NCBI RefSeq assembly: GCF_003334355.1
Contig: NZ_QOWP01000005.1
Length of the DNA stretch: 64,000 nt
Strand: one strand, 5' to 3'
Source: Escherichia coli
Lineage (GTDB): Bacteria > Pseudomonadota > Gammaproteobacteria > Enterobacterales > Enterobacteriaceae
Shown: positions 1 through 13,737 of the stretch, one piece after another
Layout of the letters: the number at the start of each line of letters is the position of its first letter
Position numbering within the stretch: the first letter of the stretch is position 1
Position numbers and translations under genes: made by a program
Notes under the pieces: model-generated
Seen by the model: the letters and a program-made list of their open reading frames with translations, nothing else
What the model was told of the DNA's origin: nothing
Databases searched by the model: none

Positions 1-843
1 ATAGCTGTGGATGCTGATCATCAACACGACCGCCCAGAGCAGCGAAATCAGCTTATAACCATAGCGCATCGCTCCCCACATCATCAGGGGCAGCAATAAT
101 GACAAGGTATAATTGGTGCTAAAAATTGTGCTTTTTTCATTTAACGGCATGCATAACAGCAACAATAAAGCACCTAATGCCAGTAGCCAGAGCGCGAACT
201 CTTTTTTGGTGACTTTGGCATCAACCTGCTGTTTTAATTGCGAATAATAGCTACGTAAATAAAATGGATTTCGCACTACCCGAATGATGAAGTAGCACAG
301 CGGGACACCGATCAGATTACCCACCAGTAAGGCCTGATAATTGATTAAAGTCCCGAGGTTAAAAGGCATGACACCGACCAGATTTTCTCTGCTCGCCAGT
401 AATCCTACAAATGCAGCAAACTGGAAAAGTATCAGAAACAGCGTTGCAGGAAACACAATCTGCCAGAATATACGCTGGGAAATTAAACGGGTATCACCAT
501 GTGAAACGTTGTTACGCCGGGGAGTAAAGACCCTGTAACCGCCCCAACAGAGAATGATAATGATAATAAAATTAGCCGTTAATGATAGCGTTTCGTAAAA
601 ACCCAGCTCTGCATATTTGCGGACAAAAATCCCTAAGGCGATCCCTGGCAATGCCGCCCAGCTGAAAAACATCATCATGCTGATCATCAGTGCCAGAGGC
701 AGATAAAAGAGAAAAACCTCACCGGAAGAAATATGCGCGAAAGTATTAATGTGGGCGAAAATGGGCAAGATTAAAGAAGGCAGGAACAGCGGAAGCCCCC
801 ACCATTTATCACGTATTTTTATATAAGTTGCATTCAGTTTCAT
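1..843 (-). CDS. pdeF: c-di-GMP phosphodiesterase PdeF (YfgF), N-terminal membrane (MASE1) part only; gene continues past window start
   Basis: ATG at 843..841, open frame to position 1 (281 codons); translation MKLNATYIKIRDKWWGLPLFLP... strongly hydrophobic; absent from ORF track because no stop lies in the window. Confidence 0.8.
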   Translation of the reverse strand, partial: MKLNATYIKIRDKWWGLPLFLPSLILPIFAHINTFAHISSGEVFLFYLPLALMISMMMFFSWAALPGIALGIFVRKYAELGFYETLSLTANFIIIIILCWGGYRVFTPRRNNVSHGDTRLISQRIFWQIVFPATLFLILFQFAAFVGLLASRENLVGVMPFNLGTLINYQALLVGNLIGVPLCYFIIRVVRNPFYLRSYYSQLKQQVDAKVTKKEFALWLLALGALLLLLCMPLNEKSTIFSTNYTLSLLLPLMMWGAMRYGYKLISLLWAVVLMISIHSY

Positions 844-1194
844 AGATGCTCAGCAGAATCCCCCACATCCTGAAGGAGGTGTATTCAGACAGGCATCCCA
901 CCTGACTTCGAATGATGATTATTCATCACTATAGAGAGCATTGATTCTAAGTGTCATATGAAAGTACCAATTGATATATATCAAACAAAATAACCCTGAT
1001 TAATGAATTATTACGTTTATCATGTTAATTCATCATTATTACATCATCATTGTAAATAATTAAATTAACTTCCATAACATTAAAATATGTATCCACTGAC
1101 GCTTTTTTACATAACGAAGAATTGACCATTTTGTCCTGTTGTGCCTTAATGTAAGTACCGTCCACAGCGTGGGACATACTTCAAGGAACCTTTT

Positions 1195-1386
1195 GTGAGT
1201 CAGGCAACCAGTATGCGAAAACGACACCGATTTAACAGTCGCATGACCCGTATCGTACTGCTCATCAGCTTTATCTTCTTCTTTGGCCGTTTTATCTACT
1301 CGTCCGTCGGTGCCTGGCAGCACCATCAGAGCAAAAAAGAAGCTCAGCAATCCACACTCTCCGTCGAATCACCGGTACAACGTTAG
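1195..1386 (+). CDS. yfgG: small protein YfgG (63 aa)
   Basis: ORF track 63 aa; GTG start with AAGGA 8 nt upstream; hydrophobic central segment. Confidence 0.8.
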   Translation: MSQATSMRKRHRFNSRMTRIVLLISFIFFFGRFIYSSVGAWQHHQSKKEAQQSTLSVESPVQR

Positions 1387-1697
1387 CGGTTACCTTCTCC
1401 ACTTTCACAGAACATAACGGCACTTCGCTGTCGGATGCTTTTGCTCTTTGGGATTATCAAAGCGGCAGATATTCTTTCATCTTAAATTTTACGTCTTTGT
1501 CCTGACTGATGTTTATCCTGTTTGGCTGCGAAATAAATATAAATTAATATATATATGTTGTAATGATATATTTTTATAAATTATTCCCTGCGTGAATTTT
1601 AATAAATTTAATCTATCCCTTTATACGCAATACATTTACTTTCCTCTTTTGATGATCTTAAATGTCTTATTTTTCGTAATGTGTATAACAAGGAATA

Positions 1698-2216
1698 GTG
1701 ATGAAATTTAAAAAATGTCTTCTGCCTGTAGCAATGTTAGCGTCATTCACTCTGGCAGGATGCCAGTCAAATGCTGACGATCATGCCGCCGATGTTTATC
1801 AAACCGATCAACTGAATACCAAACAAGAAACTAAAACCGTTAATATTATTTCCATTCTTCCCGCAAAAGTTGCCGTAGACAACTCCCAAAATAAACGGAA
1901 CGCACAAGCCTTCGGCGCGCTTATTGGCGCAGTCGCTGGCGGTGTTATCGGCCACAACGTCGGTTCTGGCAGCAATTCCGGAACGACGGCAGGGGCAGTT
2001 GGCGGCGGAGCTGTAGGCGCGGCAGCGGGTTCTATGGTGAATGATAAAACCTTAGTGGAAGGTGTTTCTTTAACGTATAAGGAAGGCACCAAAGTGTATA
2101 CCTCCACCCAGGTGGGTAAAGAGTGCCAGTTTACGACAGGTTTAGCCGTTGTTATTACCACGACGTATAACGAAACGCGTATTCAGCCAAATACCAAATG
2201 TCCTGAAAAGAGCTAA
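1698..2216 (+). CDS. yfgH: outer-membrane lipoprotein YfgH (Gly-rich / glycine-zipper)
   Basis: ORF track 172 aa; lipobox LAGC after signal peptide; Gly/Ala-rich core; AAGGA SD. Confidence 0.9.
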   Translation: MMKFKKCLLPVAMLASFTLAGCQSNADDHAADVYQTDQLNTKQETKTVNIISILPAKVAVDNSQNKRNAQAFGALIGAVAGGVIGHNVGSGSNSGTTAGAVGGGAVGAAAGSMVNDKTLVEGVSLTYKEGTKVYTSTQVGKECQFTTGLAVVITTTYNETRIQPNTKCPEKS

Positions 2217-2231
2217 TAATCAGGAGGAGTC

Positions 2232-2771
2232 ATGAAGAAAGTTTTTCTTTGCGCCATCTTGGCCTCCTTAAGCTATCCGGCTATCGCCTCATCATTGCAG
2301 GATCAACTCTCGGCTGTCGCAGAAGCGGAACAGCAAGGTAAAAATGAAGAGCAAAAGCAGCATGATGAATGGGTCGCGGAGCGCAACAGGGAAATCCAGC
2401 AAGAGAAGCAACGTCGCGCAAATGCCCAGGCCGCCGCTAACAAAAGAGCGGCAACGGCAGCAGCAAATAAGAAAGCTCGTCAGGATAAACTGGACGCCGA
2501 AGCCTCTGCGGACAAAAAACGCGATCAAAGTTATGAAGATAAGCTACGCAGCTTAGAGATTCAGAAACAAAAACTGGCGCTGGCAAAAGAAGAAGCCCGC
2601 GTTAAGCGAGAAAACGAATTTATCGATCAGGAACTGAAGCACAAAGCTGCGCAAACCGATGTGGTGCAATCTGAAGCTGACGCCAACAGAAATATGACTG
2701 AAGGCGGTCGCGATCTGATGAAAAGCGTGGGCAAAGCAGAAGAGAACAAATCGGACAGCTGGTTTAATTAA
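2232..2771 (+). CDS. yfgI: periplasmic protein YfgI
   Basis: ORF track 179 aa; signal peptide then Lys/Glu/Ala-rich coiled-coil-like sequence; AGGAGG-like SD. Confidence 0.85.
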   Translation: MKKVFLCAILASLSYPAIASSLQDQLSAVAEAEQQGKNEEQKQHDEWVAERNREIQQEKQRRANAQAAANKRAATAAANKKARQDKLDAEASADKKRDQSYEDKLRSLEIQKQKLALAKEEARVKRENEFIDQELKHKAAQTDVVQSEADANRNMTEGGRDLMKSVGKAEENKSDSWFN

Positions 2772-2810
2772 TCGATGTTAGTAACTTCAAGCCTATGATT
2801 CTTGAAGATA

Positions 2811-2839
2811 AAAAACCCTCTGTAGTAACAGAGGGTTTT
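2811..2839. terminator. bidirectional intrinsic terminator between convergent yfgI and guaA
   Basis: A-run, stem CCCTCTG / CAGAGGG with 6-nt loop, then T-run. Confidence 0.7.
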
Positions 2840-2865
2840 GTTCATTCATAGTGCAGGGATTAAAA

Positions 2866-4443
2866 TCATTCCCACTCAATGGTAGCTGGCGGCTTGCCGC
2901 TGATGTCATACACCACGCGGGAAATACCGTTCACTTCATTGATAATGCGGTTGGAAACGCGACCGAGGAAATCGTACGGCAGATGCGCCCAGTGTGCGGT
3001 CATAAAGTCGATGGTTTCGACAGCACGCAGAGAGACAACCCAGTCATACTTACGACCATCGCCCATTACGCCAACGGAACGTACCGGCAGGAACACAGTG
3101 AACGCCTGGCTGACTTTGTCGTACAGGTCCGCTTTACGCAGTTCTTCAATGAAGATGGCGTCAGCACGGCGCAGCAGGTCACAGTACTCTTTCTTCACTT
3201 CACCCAGCACACGAACGCCAAGGCCTGGTCCCGGGAATGGGTGACGGTACAACATGTCGTACGGCAGGCCCAGCTCCAGACCAATCTTACGCACTTCGTC
3301 TTTGAACAGCTCTTTCAGCGGTTCAACCAGGTCCATCTTCATCTCTTTCGGCAGGCCGCCCACGTTGTGGTGAGATTTGATGACGTGTGCTTTACCGGTT
3401 GCAGACGCCGCAGATTCGATAACGTCAGGGTAGATGGTGCCCTGCGCCAGCCACTTCACGTCTTCCAGTTTCAGCGCTTCTTCATCGAATACTTCAACGA
3501 AAACGCGACCGATGATTTTACGTTTTGCTTCCGGATCGTTTTCGCCAGCCAGCGCTGACAGGAAGCGATCTTCTGCCGGAACGTGAACAATGTTCAGACC
3601 AAAGTGATCGCCAAACATATCCAGAACCTGCTCTGCTTCGTTGAGACGCAGCAGGCCGTTGTCGACGAATACGCAAGTCAGGTTTTTACCGATAGCGCGG
3701 TGCAGTAGCATTGCGGTTACGGAGGAATCCACGCCACCAGAGAGGCCGAGGATGACTTTATCGTCGCCTACCTGCTCACGGATGCGGGCTACAGCATCGT
3801 CGATAATTTTCGCTGGCGTCCACAGGGCTTCACACTGGCAGATATCACGCACAAAACGCTCCAGCATGCGCATACCCTGGCGGGTGTGAGTCACTTCCGG
3901 GTGGAACTGTACGCCATAGAAGCGTTTTTCTTCGTTAGCCATAATGGCAAACGGGCAGCTTTCGGTGCTGGCTACGGTGACGAAGTCGGACGGGATAGCG
4001 GTAACTTTATCGCCGTGGCTCATCCAGACATCGAGCAGCGGTTTACCGTCTGCGGTCAGCGCATCTTCGATACCGCGAACCAGTGCGCTGTCGTTTACGA
4101 CTTCAACCTGCGCGTAGCCAAATTCACGTTCGTTAGAGGCTTCAACGTGACCGCCCAACTGCATCGCCATGGTCTGCATACCATAGCAAACGCCGAATAC
4201 CGGTACGCCTGCTTCAAAGACATACTGCGGCGCACGCGGACTGTTTTCTTCAGTAGTACTTTCCGGGCCGCCGGAAAGAATAATGCCGCTTGGATTGAAG
4301 TCACGAATTTGTGCTTCTGTCACATCCCACGCCCACAGTTCGCAGTAAACGCCCAGCTCACGCACGCGGCGCGCAACCAGTTGAGTATACTGGGAACCGA
4401 AGTCCAGAATGAGGATGCGATGCTTATGAATGTTTTCCGTCAT
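2866..4443 (-). CDS. guaA: GMP synthase (glutamine-hydrolysing)
   Basis: ORF track 525 aa, [36 protein letters not shown]..., ends ...PPATIEWE. Confidence 0.97.
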   Translation of the reverse strand: MTENIHKHRILILDFGSQYTQLVARRVRELGVYCELWAWDVTEAQIRDFNPSGIILSGGPESTTEENSPRAPQYVFEAGVPVFGVCYGMQTMAMQLGGHVEASNEREFGYAQVEVVNDSALVRGIEDALTADGKPLLDVWMSHGDKVTAIPSDFVTVASTESCPFAIMANEEKRFYGVQFHPEVTHTRQGMRMLERFVRDICQCEALWTPAKIIDDAVARIREQVGDDKVILGLSGGVDSSVTAMLLHRAIGKNLTCVFVDNGLLRLNEAEQVLDMFGDHFGLNIVHVPAEDRFLSALAGENDPEAKRKIIGRVFVEVFDEEALKLEDVKWLAQGTIYPDVIESAASATGKAHVIKSHHNVGGLPKEMKMDLVEPLKELFKDEVRKIGLELGLPYDMLYRHPFPGPGLGVRVLGEVKKEYCDLLRRADAIFIEELRKADLYDKVSQAFTVFLPVRSVGVMGDGRKYDWVVSLRAVETIDFMTAHWAHLPYDFLGRVSNRIINEVNGISRVVYDISGKPPATIEWE

Positions 4444-4511
4444 TGACGCTTATTCCGAGGCAAGTGAAACAGATAATATAAATCGCCCGACATGAAGTCG
4501 GGCGAAGAGAA

Positions 4512-5978
4512 TCAGGAGCCCAGACGGTAGTTCGGGGACTCTTTAGTAATGGTCACGTCGTGAACGTGGCTTTCCTGAATGCCCGCACCGCTGATACGTA
4601 CAAACTCCGCTTTAGTACGCAGTTCGTCGATAGTACCACAGCCGGTCAGGCCCATACAGGAGCGCAGGCCACCCATCTGCTGGTGAATGATCTCTTTCAG
4701 GCGACCTTTATAAGCTACGCGACCTTCGATACCTTCCGGCACCAGTTTGTCGGCAGCGTTATCGCTCTGGAAATAACGGTCAGAGGAACCTTTGGACATC
4801 GCGCCCAGGGAACCCATACCACGGTAAGATTTGTAAGAACGGCCCTGGTAGAGTTCGATTTCACCCGGAGATTCTTCAGTACCCGCCAGCATGGAACCCA
4901 CCATTACCGCGCTTGCGCCAGCGGCGATAGCTTTGGCGATGTCGCCGGAGAAGCGAATACCACCATCTGCGATAACCGGAATACCTGTGCCTTCCAGCGC
5001 TTCAACTGCGTCAGCAACGGCAGTGATCTGCGGAACACCTACGCCAGTCACGATACGAGTCGTACAGATAGAGCCAGGGCCGATACCGACTTTAACCGCG
5101 CTGCAACCAGCTTCTGCCAGAGCGCGTGCACCTGCAGCTGTTGCCACGTTGCCGCCGATGATTTGCAGATCAGGATATTTAGCACGGGTTTCACGGATAC
5201 GCTGCAGAACGCCTTCAGAGTGACCGTGAGAGGAGTCGATCAGCAGAACATCAACACCTGCGGCAACCAGCGCATCAACACGCTCTTCGTTACCCGCACC
5301 TGCGCCAACCGCTGCACCAACACGCAGACGGCCTTGCTCGTCTTTACAGGCGTTCGGTTTACGTTCCGCTTTCTGGAAATCTTTCACGGTGATCATGCCG
5401 ATCAGGTGGAATTCGTCATCAACCACCAGCGCTTTTTCAACGCGTTTTTCGTGCATTTTTGCCAGCACCACTTCACGGGCTTCACCTTCACGCACGGTGA
5501 CCAGACGCTCTTTCGGCGTCATGTAAACGCTAACCGGCTGGTTCAGGTCGGTAACAAAACGCACGTCACGACCGGTGATAATACCCACCAGCTCGTTTTC
5601 TTCGGTAACGACCGGATAGCCCGCAAAACCGTTACGCTCGGTCAGTTCTTTCACTTCGCGCAGCGTCGTGGTTGGCAGAACAGTCTGCGGATCAGTCACC
5701 ACACCAGATTCGTGTTTTTTCACACGGCGAACTTCTTCTGCCTGGCGTTCAATGGACATGTTTTTGTGGATAAAGCCGATACCGCCTTCCTGAGCCAGAG
5801 CAATAGCCAGGCGCGCTTCCGTTACGGTATCCATTGCTGCGGAAAGCATAGGGATATTCAGACGAATAGTTTTCGTCAGCTGGGTGCTGAGGTCAGCAGT
5901 ATTCGGCAGAACGGTAGAATGAGCAGGAACGAGGAGAACGTCGTCAAACGTCAGAGCTTCTTTAGCGATACGTAGCAT
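4512..5978 (-). CDS. guaB: IMP dehydrogenase
   Basis: ORF track frame; start trimmed to internal ATG ([23 protein letters not shown]...) giving 488 aa; the 23-aa N-terminal extension in the track is not supported. Confidence 0.95.
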
Positions 5979-7722
<1,744 letters not shown>

Positions 7723-7790
7723 ATGAATTCCTCCGGTAGCCACCCCTCTACATTCATAGAGGGAATGGCAGATAAAATACTTACGGATAA

Positions 7791-9263
7791 TTATTTATTT
7801 TTCTTGATGTGCTTCATCAGACGCTTACGTTTACGCATCTGGGTTGGCGTCAGGGTGTTACGCTTGTTCGCATACGGGTTTTCCCCTTCTTTGAACTGAA
7901 TACGAATCGGCGATCCCATTACGTCCAGCGATTTGCGGAAGTAGTTCATCAAGTAACGCTTGTAGGAATCAGGCAGGTCTTTCACCTGATTACCGTGAAT
8001 CACCACAATCGGCGGGTTATAACCACCGGCGTGGGCATATTTCAGCTTCACACGACGACCGCGTACAAGCGGCGGTTGGTGATCTTCAACAGCCATCGTC
8101 ATGATGCGCGTCAGCATAGAGGTCCCCACACGACGGGTGGAGCTGTCATACGCTTCACGTACTGATTCAAACAAGTTACCAACACCACTGCCGTGCAAGG
8201 CAGAGATAAAGTGCACACGAGCAAAATCGATAAAGCCCAGACGGAAGTCCAGCGTTTCTTTCACCTGCTCTTTCACTTCCTGACTCAGGCCATCCCACTT
8301 ATTCACCACAATGACAAGTGAGCGCCCACTATTGAGAATAAAGCCTAGCAGCGAGAGATCCTGATCGGAAATACCTTCGCGCGCATCAATCACCAACATC
8401 ACCACGTTGGCATCTTCAATGGCCTGCAACGTTTTGATTACGGAGAATTTCTCTACAGCATCGGTGATTTTACCGCGTTTACGTACGCCAGCGGTGTCAA
8501 TGAGCACATACTCACGTCCATCGCGTTCCATTGGAATGTAGATACTGTCACGCGTCGTACCAGGCATGTCATAAACAACAACGCGCTCTTCACCAAGAAT
8601 ACGGTTAGTGAGTGTAGACTTACCGACGTTCGGGCGCCCGACAATCGCCAGTTTGATTGGCAGGCTTTGTAGGTCGAAGTCGTCTTCCTCTTCTTCTTCG
8701 CCGTTTTCTTCTGCTTCAAATTGCGCCCAGTATTCTGCGTCTTCGTCCACTTCTTCTTGCGGCGCGAGATCTTCCATCCACGGCAGCAGCACGTGCTCCA
8801 GCAGACTTAATACGCCACGACCGTGAGACGCGGCGATCGGGTAGATTTCACCTAAACCAAGCGAGTAGAAATCAACCACTGCCTGATCGGGATCCAGACC
8901 GTCAGTTTTGTTTGCCACCAGGAAGGTCGGTTTTTCACGGGAGCGCAGATGTTTGGCAATCGCTTCATCTGCCGGCATCAGGCCCGCACGCGCATCCACC
9001 ATAAACAGTACGACGTCCGCTTCTTCAATCGCCAGCAGCGACTGTTCCGCCATGCGGGTTTCTACACCGTCTTCTGTGCCATCAATCCCGCCGGTATCAA
9101 TACAGATAAACTCACGGCCTTCAATTTCCGCACGACCGTACTTACGGTCACGAGTCAGACCCGGGAAATCCGCAACCAGCGCATCTCGGGTGCGAGTTAG
9201 ACGGTTAAATAACGTGGATTTTCCTACGTTAGGGCGCCCGACAAGCGCGACCACAGGTACCAT
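7791..9263 (-). CDS. der: ribosome-associated GTPase Der (EngA), tandem GTP-binding domains
   Basis: ORF track frame; start trimmed to [22 protein letters not shown] (490 aa); two G1 motifs GRPNVGKS. Confidence 0.95.
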   Translation of the reverse strand: MVPVVALVGRPNVGKSTLFNRLTRTRDALVADFPGLTRDRKYGRAEIEGREFICIDTGGIDGTEDGVETRMAEQSLLAIEEADVVLFMVDARAGLMPADEAIAKHLRSREKPTFLVANKTDGLDPDQAVVDFYSLGLGEIYPIAASHGRGVLSLLEHVLLPWMEDLAPQEEVDEDAEYWAQFEAEENGEEEEEDDFDLQSLPIKLAIVGRPNVGKSTLTNRILGEERVVVYDMPGTTRDSIYIPMERDGREYVLIDTAGVRKRGKITDAVEKFSVIKTLQAIEDANVVMLVIDAREGISDQDLSLLGFILNSGRSLVIVVNKWDGLSQEVKEQVKETLDFRLGFIDFARVHFISALHGSGVGNLFESVREAYDSSTRRVGTSMLTRIMTMAVEDHQPPLVRGRRVKLKYAHAGGYNPPIVVIHGNQVKDLPDSYKRYLMNYFRKSLDVMGSPIRIQFKEGENPYANKRNTLTPTQMRKRKRLMKHIKKNK

Positions 9264-9380
9264 GTTTAAAGCCTCATTTTTATAAATCATCAGACAACGC
9301 ACGCTATATTCGCGTCGTTGTTAAAAACAGGAAAACGGCCCCTGTCCAGGAGCCGTTTTCAAAGTGAACGACAGAGACGA

Positions 9381-10559
9381 TTAACGTGTAATAGAGTACA
9401 CGGTTCCGTCTTTTGCCTGGATCAGCAGTTTGCCGTCAGCGGCAACCGGTTCAGTCTGGAAACCGGAACTATCAACTTTTTGCTGGGCAACGAAACGACC
9501 ATCTTCGACGTTAATCCAGTGCAAATAACCTTCACTGTCACCTACCACCAGGTTGCTATTATACAGCACCGGAGAAGTCAGCAGGCGATGCAACAGATCG
9601 CTTTGTGTCCACAGCGTAACGCCGCCATCAATGGTCAACGCCATCACCCGGTCATTTTGATCGACCAGATAGATGCGATTGCCGTCGACGATGAAATCAT
9701 TCACCGAACCCAGTTCGCGTTTCCACATAATCTGACCACTGCGCAGATCAAGCGCCGTCAGGTTACCATTATAGGCCAGCGCGAAAACAACGCCGTTAAC
9801 AACGACTGGAGTCGTGTCAACATCGCTCAGACGGTCAATTTCGGTAGAACCGGTCGCCTGGGAAATACGCTGCTGCCAAATCATCTGGCCCTGTTCCATC
9901 AGCACTGCGCTGACGCGACCATTATCGCCACCCACGACGGCCGCACCAAAAGCCGTTGCCGGCGCAGACTCGCCACGCAAAGAGAGCGAAGGCATATCGA
10001 GGTTAACTGTCCATTTGACAGCGCCGTCAGCTTCGTTCAGCGCTTGTAACTGACCGTTACTGGTGTGGATTAACACCAGACCGTCGCTGACCACCGGGCG
10101 CGAAAGTGCTTCACCCGCGACTTTAGTTTGCCATGCCACAGTACCATCGCTGGTATTCAGCGCGTAAACCTGCGCCTTTTCGCTGCCAATGTAGACATGC
10201 CCACCAGACACGGTCACACCGCCAGAAAGTAATGCAGGCTCTTTAGAGAACCAGCCATCTTTCTCGGCCAGGCTGACAGACCAGATTTCTTTGCCATCAT
10301 CCGCATTCAGCGCTTTTACTAAACCAGCGCGGTCCGCTGCATAGACAACGTTGTCCGCCAGTGCCGGATGAAGATTGGAATAGAAGTTGCCAATACCGCT
10401 ACCAACGGAAGTGCTCCACGCCGTGGTCGGCGTAAACTGGTTTTCAACGGTTGGCAATGGGGACATCTTTACCACATCTTCTTCGCTGTTAAACAGCGAA
10501 CAGCCGCTTAAAAGGGTAACGGAAAGCAGTCCTGGCAGCAGTAATTTACGCAATTGCAT
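9381..10559 (-). CDS. bamB: outer-membrane protein assembly lipoprotein BamB
   Basis: ORF track 392 aa; lipobox LLSGC; repetitive beta-propeller-like sequence. Confidence 0.95.
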   Translation of the reverse strand: MQLRKLLLPGLLSVTLLSGCSLFNSEEDVVKMSPLPTVENQFTPTTAWSTSVGSGIGNFYSNLHPALADNVVYAADRAGLVKALNADDGKEIWSVSLAEKDGWFSKEPALLSGGVTVSGGHVYIGSEKAQVYALNTSDGTVAWQTKVAGEALSRPVVSDGLVLIHTSNGQLQALNEADGAVKWTVNLDMPSLSLRGESAPATAFGAAVVGGDNGRVSAVLMEQGQMIWQQRISQATGSTEIDRLSDVDTTPVVVNGVVFALAYNGNLTALDLRSGQIMWKRELGSVNDFIVDGNRIYLVDQNDRVMALTIDGGVTLWTQSDLLHRLLTSPVLYNSNLVVGDSEGYLHWINVEDGRFVAQQKVDSSGFQTEPVAADGKLLIQAKDGTVYSITR

Positions 10560-10569
10560 CGGGTCCCTC

Positions 10570-11190
10570 TCAGATGGACAAATTATTAATTTTCATCTGC
10601 ATCATTTCGCTCAGTGCCGGAGTAACATCGCTTTTCACGCCTGCTTCCCATGCACTACGCGCACCTTGCTTATCACCTTTGCTCAGCAATGCTTCACCAC
10701 GCAGGTCGGCAACAATGGCAGCCCACCCTTCACCTTTGATGGTATCAAGGGTTTTCAGCGCGGCATCAGCCTGCTTGAGCTGTACCTGAACGCGAGCAAG
10801 ACGCAGATTTATCACGGCTTTGAGATTTTCATCGCTCGTGTCTGCCAGCCCCTGTTGTAACTGGGCGGCAGCTTTCTCTAGTTCATTTTTGTCAACAAAT
10901 TGCTGCGCAAGTTCCAAAGAAGCCAGCGCACCATAAGTATTTTTATTTTCAGCAGCAAATTTTTCCGCCGCCGGGATGCTATCCGGTTTGCCTTCGCTCA
11001 CTGCGGTAACCGCATTTTGATAGGCAAGAGAAGCGGAGCGTGCAGAATCAACCTGATGGCTGTTCCAGTAGCGCCAGCCAATCAGTGCGCCAACGCCCAA
11101 AATCACCCCAACAGCCAGTGCTTTGCCATTTTCAGCAAAAAAGCGTTTAACCGCTTCTACCTGGTCGTTTTCGTTCTCGTAAATTTCCAC
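10570..11190 (-). CDS. yfgM: membrane-anchored periplasmic protein YfgM
   Basis: ORF track 206 aa; single N-terminal TM segment then Ala-rich TPR-like region. Confidence 0.9.
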   Translation of the reverse strand: MEIYENENDQVEAVKRFFAENGKALAVGVILGVGALIGWRYWNSHQVDSARSASLAYQNAVTAVSEGKPDSIPAAEKFAAENKNTYGALASLELAQQFVDKNELEKAAAQLQQGLADTSDENLKAVINLRLARVQVQLKQADAALKTLDTIKGEGWAAIVADLRGEALLSKGDKQGARSAWEAGVKSDVTPALSEMMQMKINNLSI

Positions 11191-11207
11191 GCTGTCCTTC
11201 TCCTTCC

Positions 11208-12482
11208 TTAACCCAGTAACGTGCGCAAATGCGCGGCTACGCTATCCTGCGCAACTGCCGTTTGCTCACCAGAGCGCAAATCCTTCACTACTGCTGTGCC
11301 GTTAGCCACTTCAGACTCACCCAGCACCACAGCAACGCGGGCACCCCATTTATCAGCACGGGCAAACTGTTTCTTAAAGTTGCCGCCGCCGTGGTTGGTC
11401 ATCAATTTCACGCCCGGTAATTCATCACGCAGATGCTCAGCTAATGCCATAGCCGCAGATTGTGTATCAGCACCTGAAGCCACCAGGTATATATCGACAA
11501 CAGGATCGGCTTTAAATTCCGGATTAACGGCCTGTACTAACAATACAAGACGTTCGAGGCCCATCGCAAAACCGACAGCCGGCGTTGCACGACCGCCCAG
11601 TTGTTCCACAAGACCGTCATAACGACCGCCTGCACACACGGTGCCCTGGGAGCCGAGACTGTTAGTCACCCACTCGAAAACGGTACGGTTATAGTAATCC
11701 AGACCACGCACCAGACGCTGGTTTACGGTGTAAGCGATCCCCGCGCTCTCAAGCAGTTTGCACAGACCGGCAAAATGCTCACGAGATTCCTCGTCCAGAT
11801 AATCGCCTAATGCCGGAGCGTCGTTGAGAAGCGCCTGCACTTCTGGATTTTTTGAATCCAGCACGCGCAGCGGGTTAGTGTACATGCGGCGTTTGCAGTC
11901 TTCGTCCAGCTTTTCTTTATGCTGCTCAAGGAATGCCACCAGCGCATCGCGGTAATTGGCGCGTGCTTCCAGCGAACCGATAGAGTTCAGCTCAAGAGTT
12001 ACGTGCTCGGAAATACCCAGCGCGCGCCACCAGCGGGCAGTGAGCATAATCAGTTCAGCGTCGATATCCGGACCTTGCAGACCGAAAACTTCGCAGCCCA
12101 ACTGATGGAACTGACGATAACGCCCTTTCTGCGGACGCTCGTGACGGAACATCGGCCCGATATACCACAGACGCTGTTCCTGATTGTACAGAAGACCATG
12201 CTCGATGCCGGCGCGTACACAGCCCGCCGTCCCTTCAGGGCGCAGAGTCAGGCTGTCGCCATTGCGATCCTCAAAGGTGTACATCTCTTTTTCAACCACG
12301 TCGGTGACTTCACCAATCGCACGTTTGAATAGCGGGGTCTGCTCTACAATCGGCAAGCGGATTTCACTGTAACCGTAGCTGCCGAGCACGTTTTTCAGTG
12401 TGCCTTCAATGCGCTGCCAGATGGCCGTTTCGCCAGGCAGGTAATCGTTCATGCCGCGAATGGCTTGAATGTTTTTTGCCAC
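11208..12482 (-). CDS. hisS: histidine--tRNA ligase
   Basis: ORF track 424 aa (GTG start), [30 protein letters not shown]... Confidence 0.97.
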   Translation of the reverse strand: MAKNIQAIRGMNDYLPGETAIWQRIEGTLKNVLGSYGYSEIRLPIVEQTPLFKRAIGEVTDVVEKEMYTFEDRNGDSLTLRPEGTAGCVRAGIEHGLLYNQEQRLWYIGPMFRHERPQKGRYRQFHQLGCEVFGLQGPDIDAELIMLTARWWRALGISEHVTLELNSIGSLEARANYRDALVAFLEQHKEKLDEDCKRRMYTNPLRVLDSKNPEVQALLNDAPALGDYLDEESREHFAGLCKLLESAGIAYTVNQRLVRGLDYYNRTVFEWVTNSLGSQGTVCAGGRYDGLVEQLGGRATPAVGFAMGLERLVLLVQAVNPEFKADPVVDIYLVASGADTQSAAMALAEHLRDELPGVKLMTNHGGGNFKKQFARADKWGARVAVVLGESEVANGTAVVKDLRSGEQTAVAQDSVAAHLRTLLG

Positions 12483-12501
12483 GTTTATTCTCTTTCTGAA
12501 T

Positions 12502-12592
12502 ATAAAAATGAACCCTCAACGCTTCCCTCAATGTTTCGGGAGCTATGCGGGTTCAATCATACACGGGAAGCGAGGCGCTTCCCATCACGTTA
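12502..12592 (-). ncRNA. sroE: SroE-type sRNA / ispG 3'-UTR element
   Basis: 110-bp ispG-hisS spacer on the minus strand contains a long hairpin (GAACCC...GGGTTC, about 12510..12554) followed by a U-run; SroE is recalled to map to the gcpE(ispG)-hisS spacer; exact ends not determinable here. Confidence 0.5.
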
Positions 12593-13711
12593 TTATTTTT
12601 CAACCTGCTGAACGTCAATTCGACGCGCTTCGTCCAGCTGACTGGCTTTCGCACGAATGCGTGCTTCCAGCTGGTCGATCATATCGTTGTTGTCCAGACG
12701 GTCTTTGCGCACGCCATCTTCATAGAGGCCGCTTTTCTTGTTGCCGCCGGTGACGCCGAGTGTAGAAACCAGCGCCTCACCTGGGCCATTCACCACGCAG
12801 CCGATAATCGAAACGTCCATCGGAGTGATGATATCTTCCAGGCGTTGCTCCAGCGCGTTAACCGTACCGATAACATCAAATTCCTGACGCGAACAGGTCG
12901 GGCAGGCGATGAAGTTGATCCCGCGCGAACGGATACGCAGCGATTTCAAAATATCGAAACCGACTTTGATCTCTTCGACCGGATCGGCCGCCAGTGATAC
13001 GCGCAGCGTGTCGCCGATGCCTTCAGACAGCAGCAGACCTAAACCAATGGCGGATTTTACTGCCCCGCTGCGTGCACCACCGGCTTCGGTGATCCCCAGA
13101 TGCAGCGGCTGATCGATCTGTTTTGCCAGCAAACGATAAGACTCAACAGCGAGGAAGACGTCAGACGCTTTCACGCTGACTTTGAACTGATCGAAGTTCA
13201 GGCGATCGAGATGATCAACATGGCGCATGGCGGATTCCAGCAACGCCTGCGGCGTCGGTTCGCCATACTTTTCTTGCAGATCTTTTTCCAGCGATCCGGC
13301 GTTAACGCCAATACGGATCGGAATGTTTTTATCGCGCGCACAGTCAACCACCATGCGAATACGCTCTTCATTACCGATATTGCCAGGGTTAATACGCAGA
13401 CAATCGACGCCGTATTCCGCTACTTTCAGTGCAATGCGATAGTCGAAGTGGATGTCAGCCACCAGCGGCACGTTAACCTGCTGTTTGATGAGTTTGAACG
13501 CTTCTGCCGCGTCCATCGTCGGTACGGATACACGGACGATATCAGCGCCAACGCGTTCCAGCGCCTTGATTTGATTGACCGTTGCTTCGACGTCTGTCGT
13601 ACGCGTATTGGTCATGGACTGTACGGCGATGGGAGCACCATCGCCAATCGGCACATTCCCAACGTAAATACGTGTTGATTTTCTACGTTGAATTGGAGCC
13701 TGGTTATGCAT
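12593..13711 (-). CDS. ispG: 4-hydroxy-3-methylbut-2-enyl diphosphate synthase (IspG/GcpE)
   Basis: ORF track 372 aa, [36 protein letters not shown]... Confidence 0.97.
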
Positions 13712-13737
13712 GAAAAATCTCCCGCGTTACCCGTCTG

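Noticed and set aside
4560-5975. 471-aa plus-strand ORF antisense to guaB; similar long antisense ORFs at 56040..57329 (opposite glyA), 32434..33312 (opposite iscS), 57729..58367 (opposite hmp), 9318..10049, 21042..21572 and 15309..15929
   Set aside because: Each lies entirely inside a well-supported gene on the other strand, has no SD and a low-complexity composition (His/Arg/Phe/Thr-rich); these are shadow ORFs of GC-rich coding DNA.
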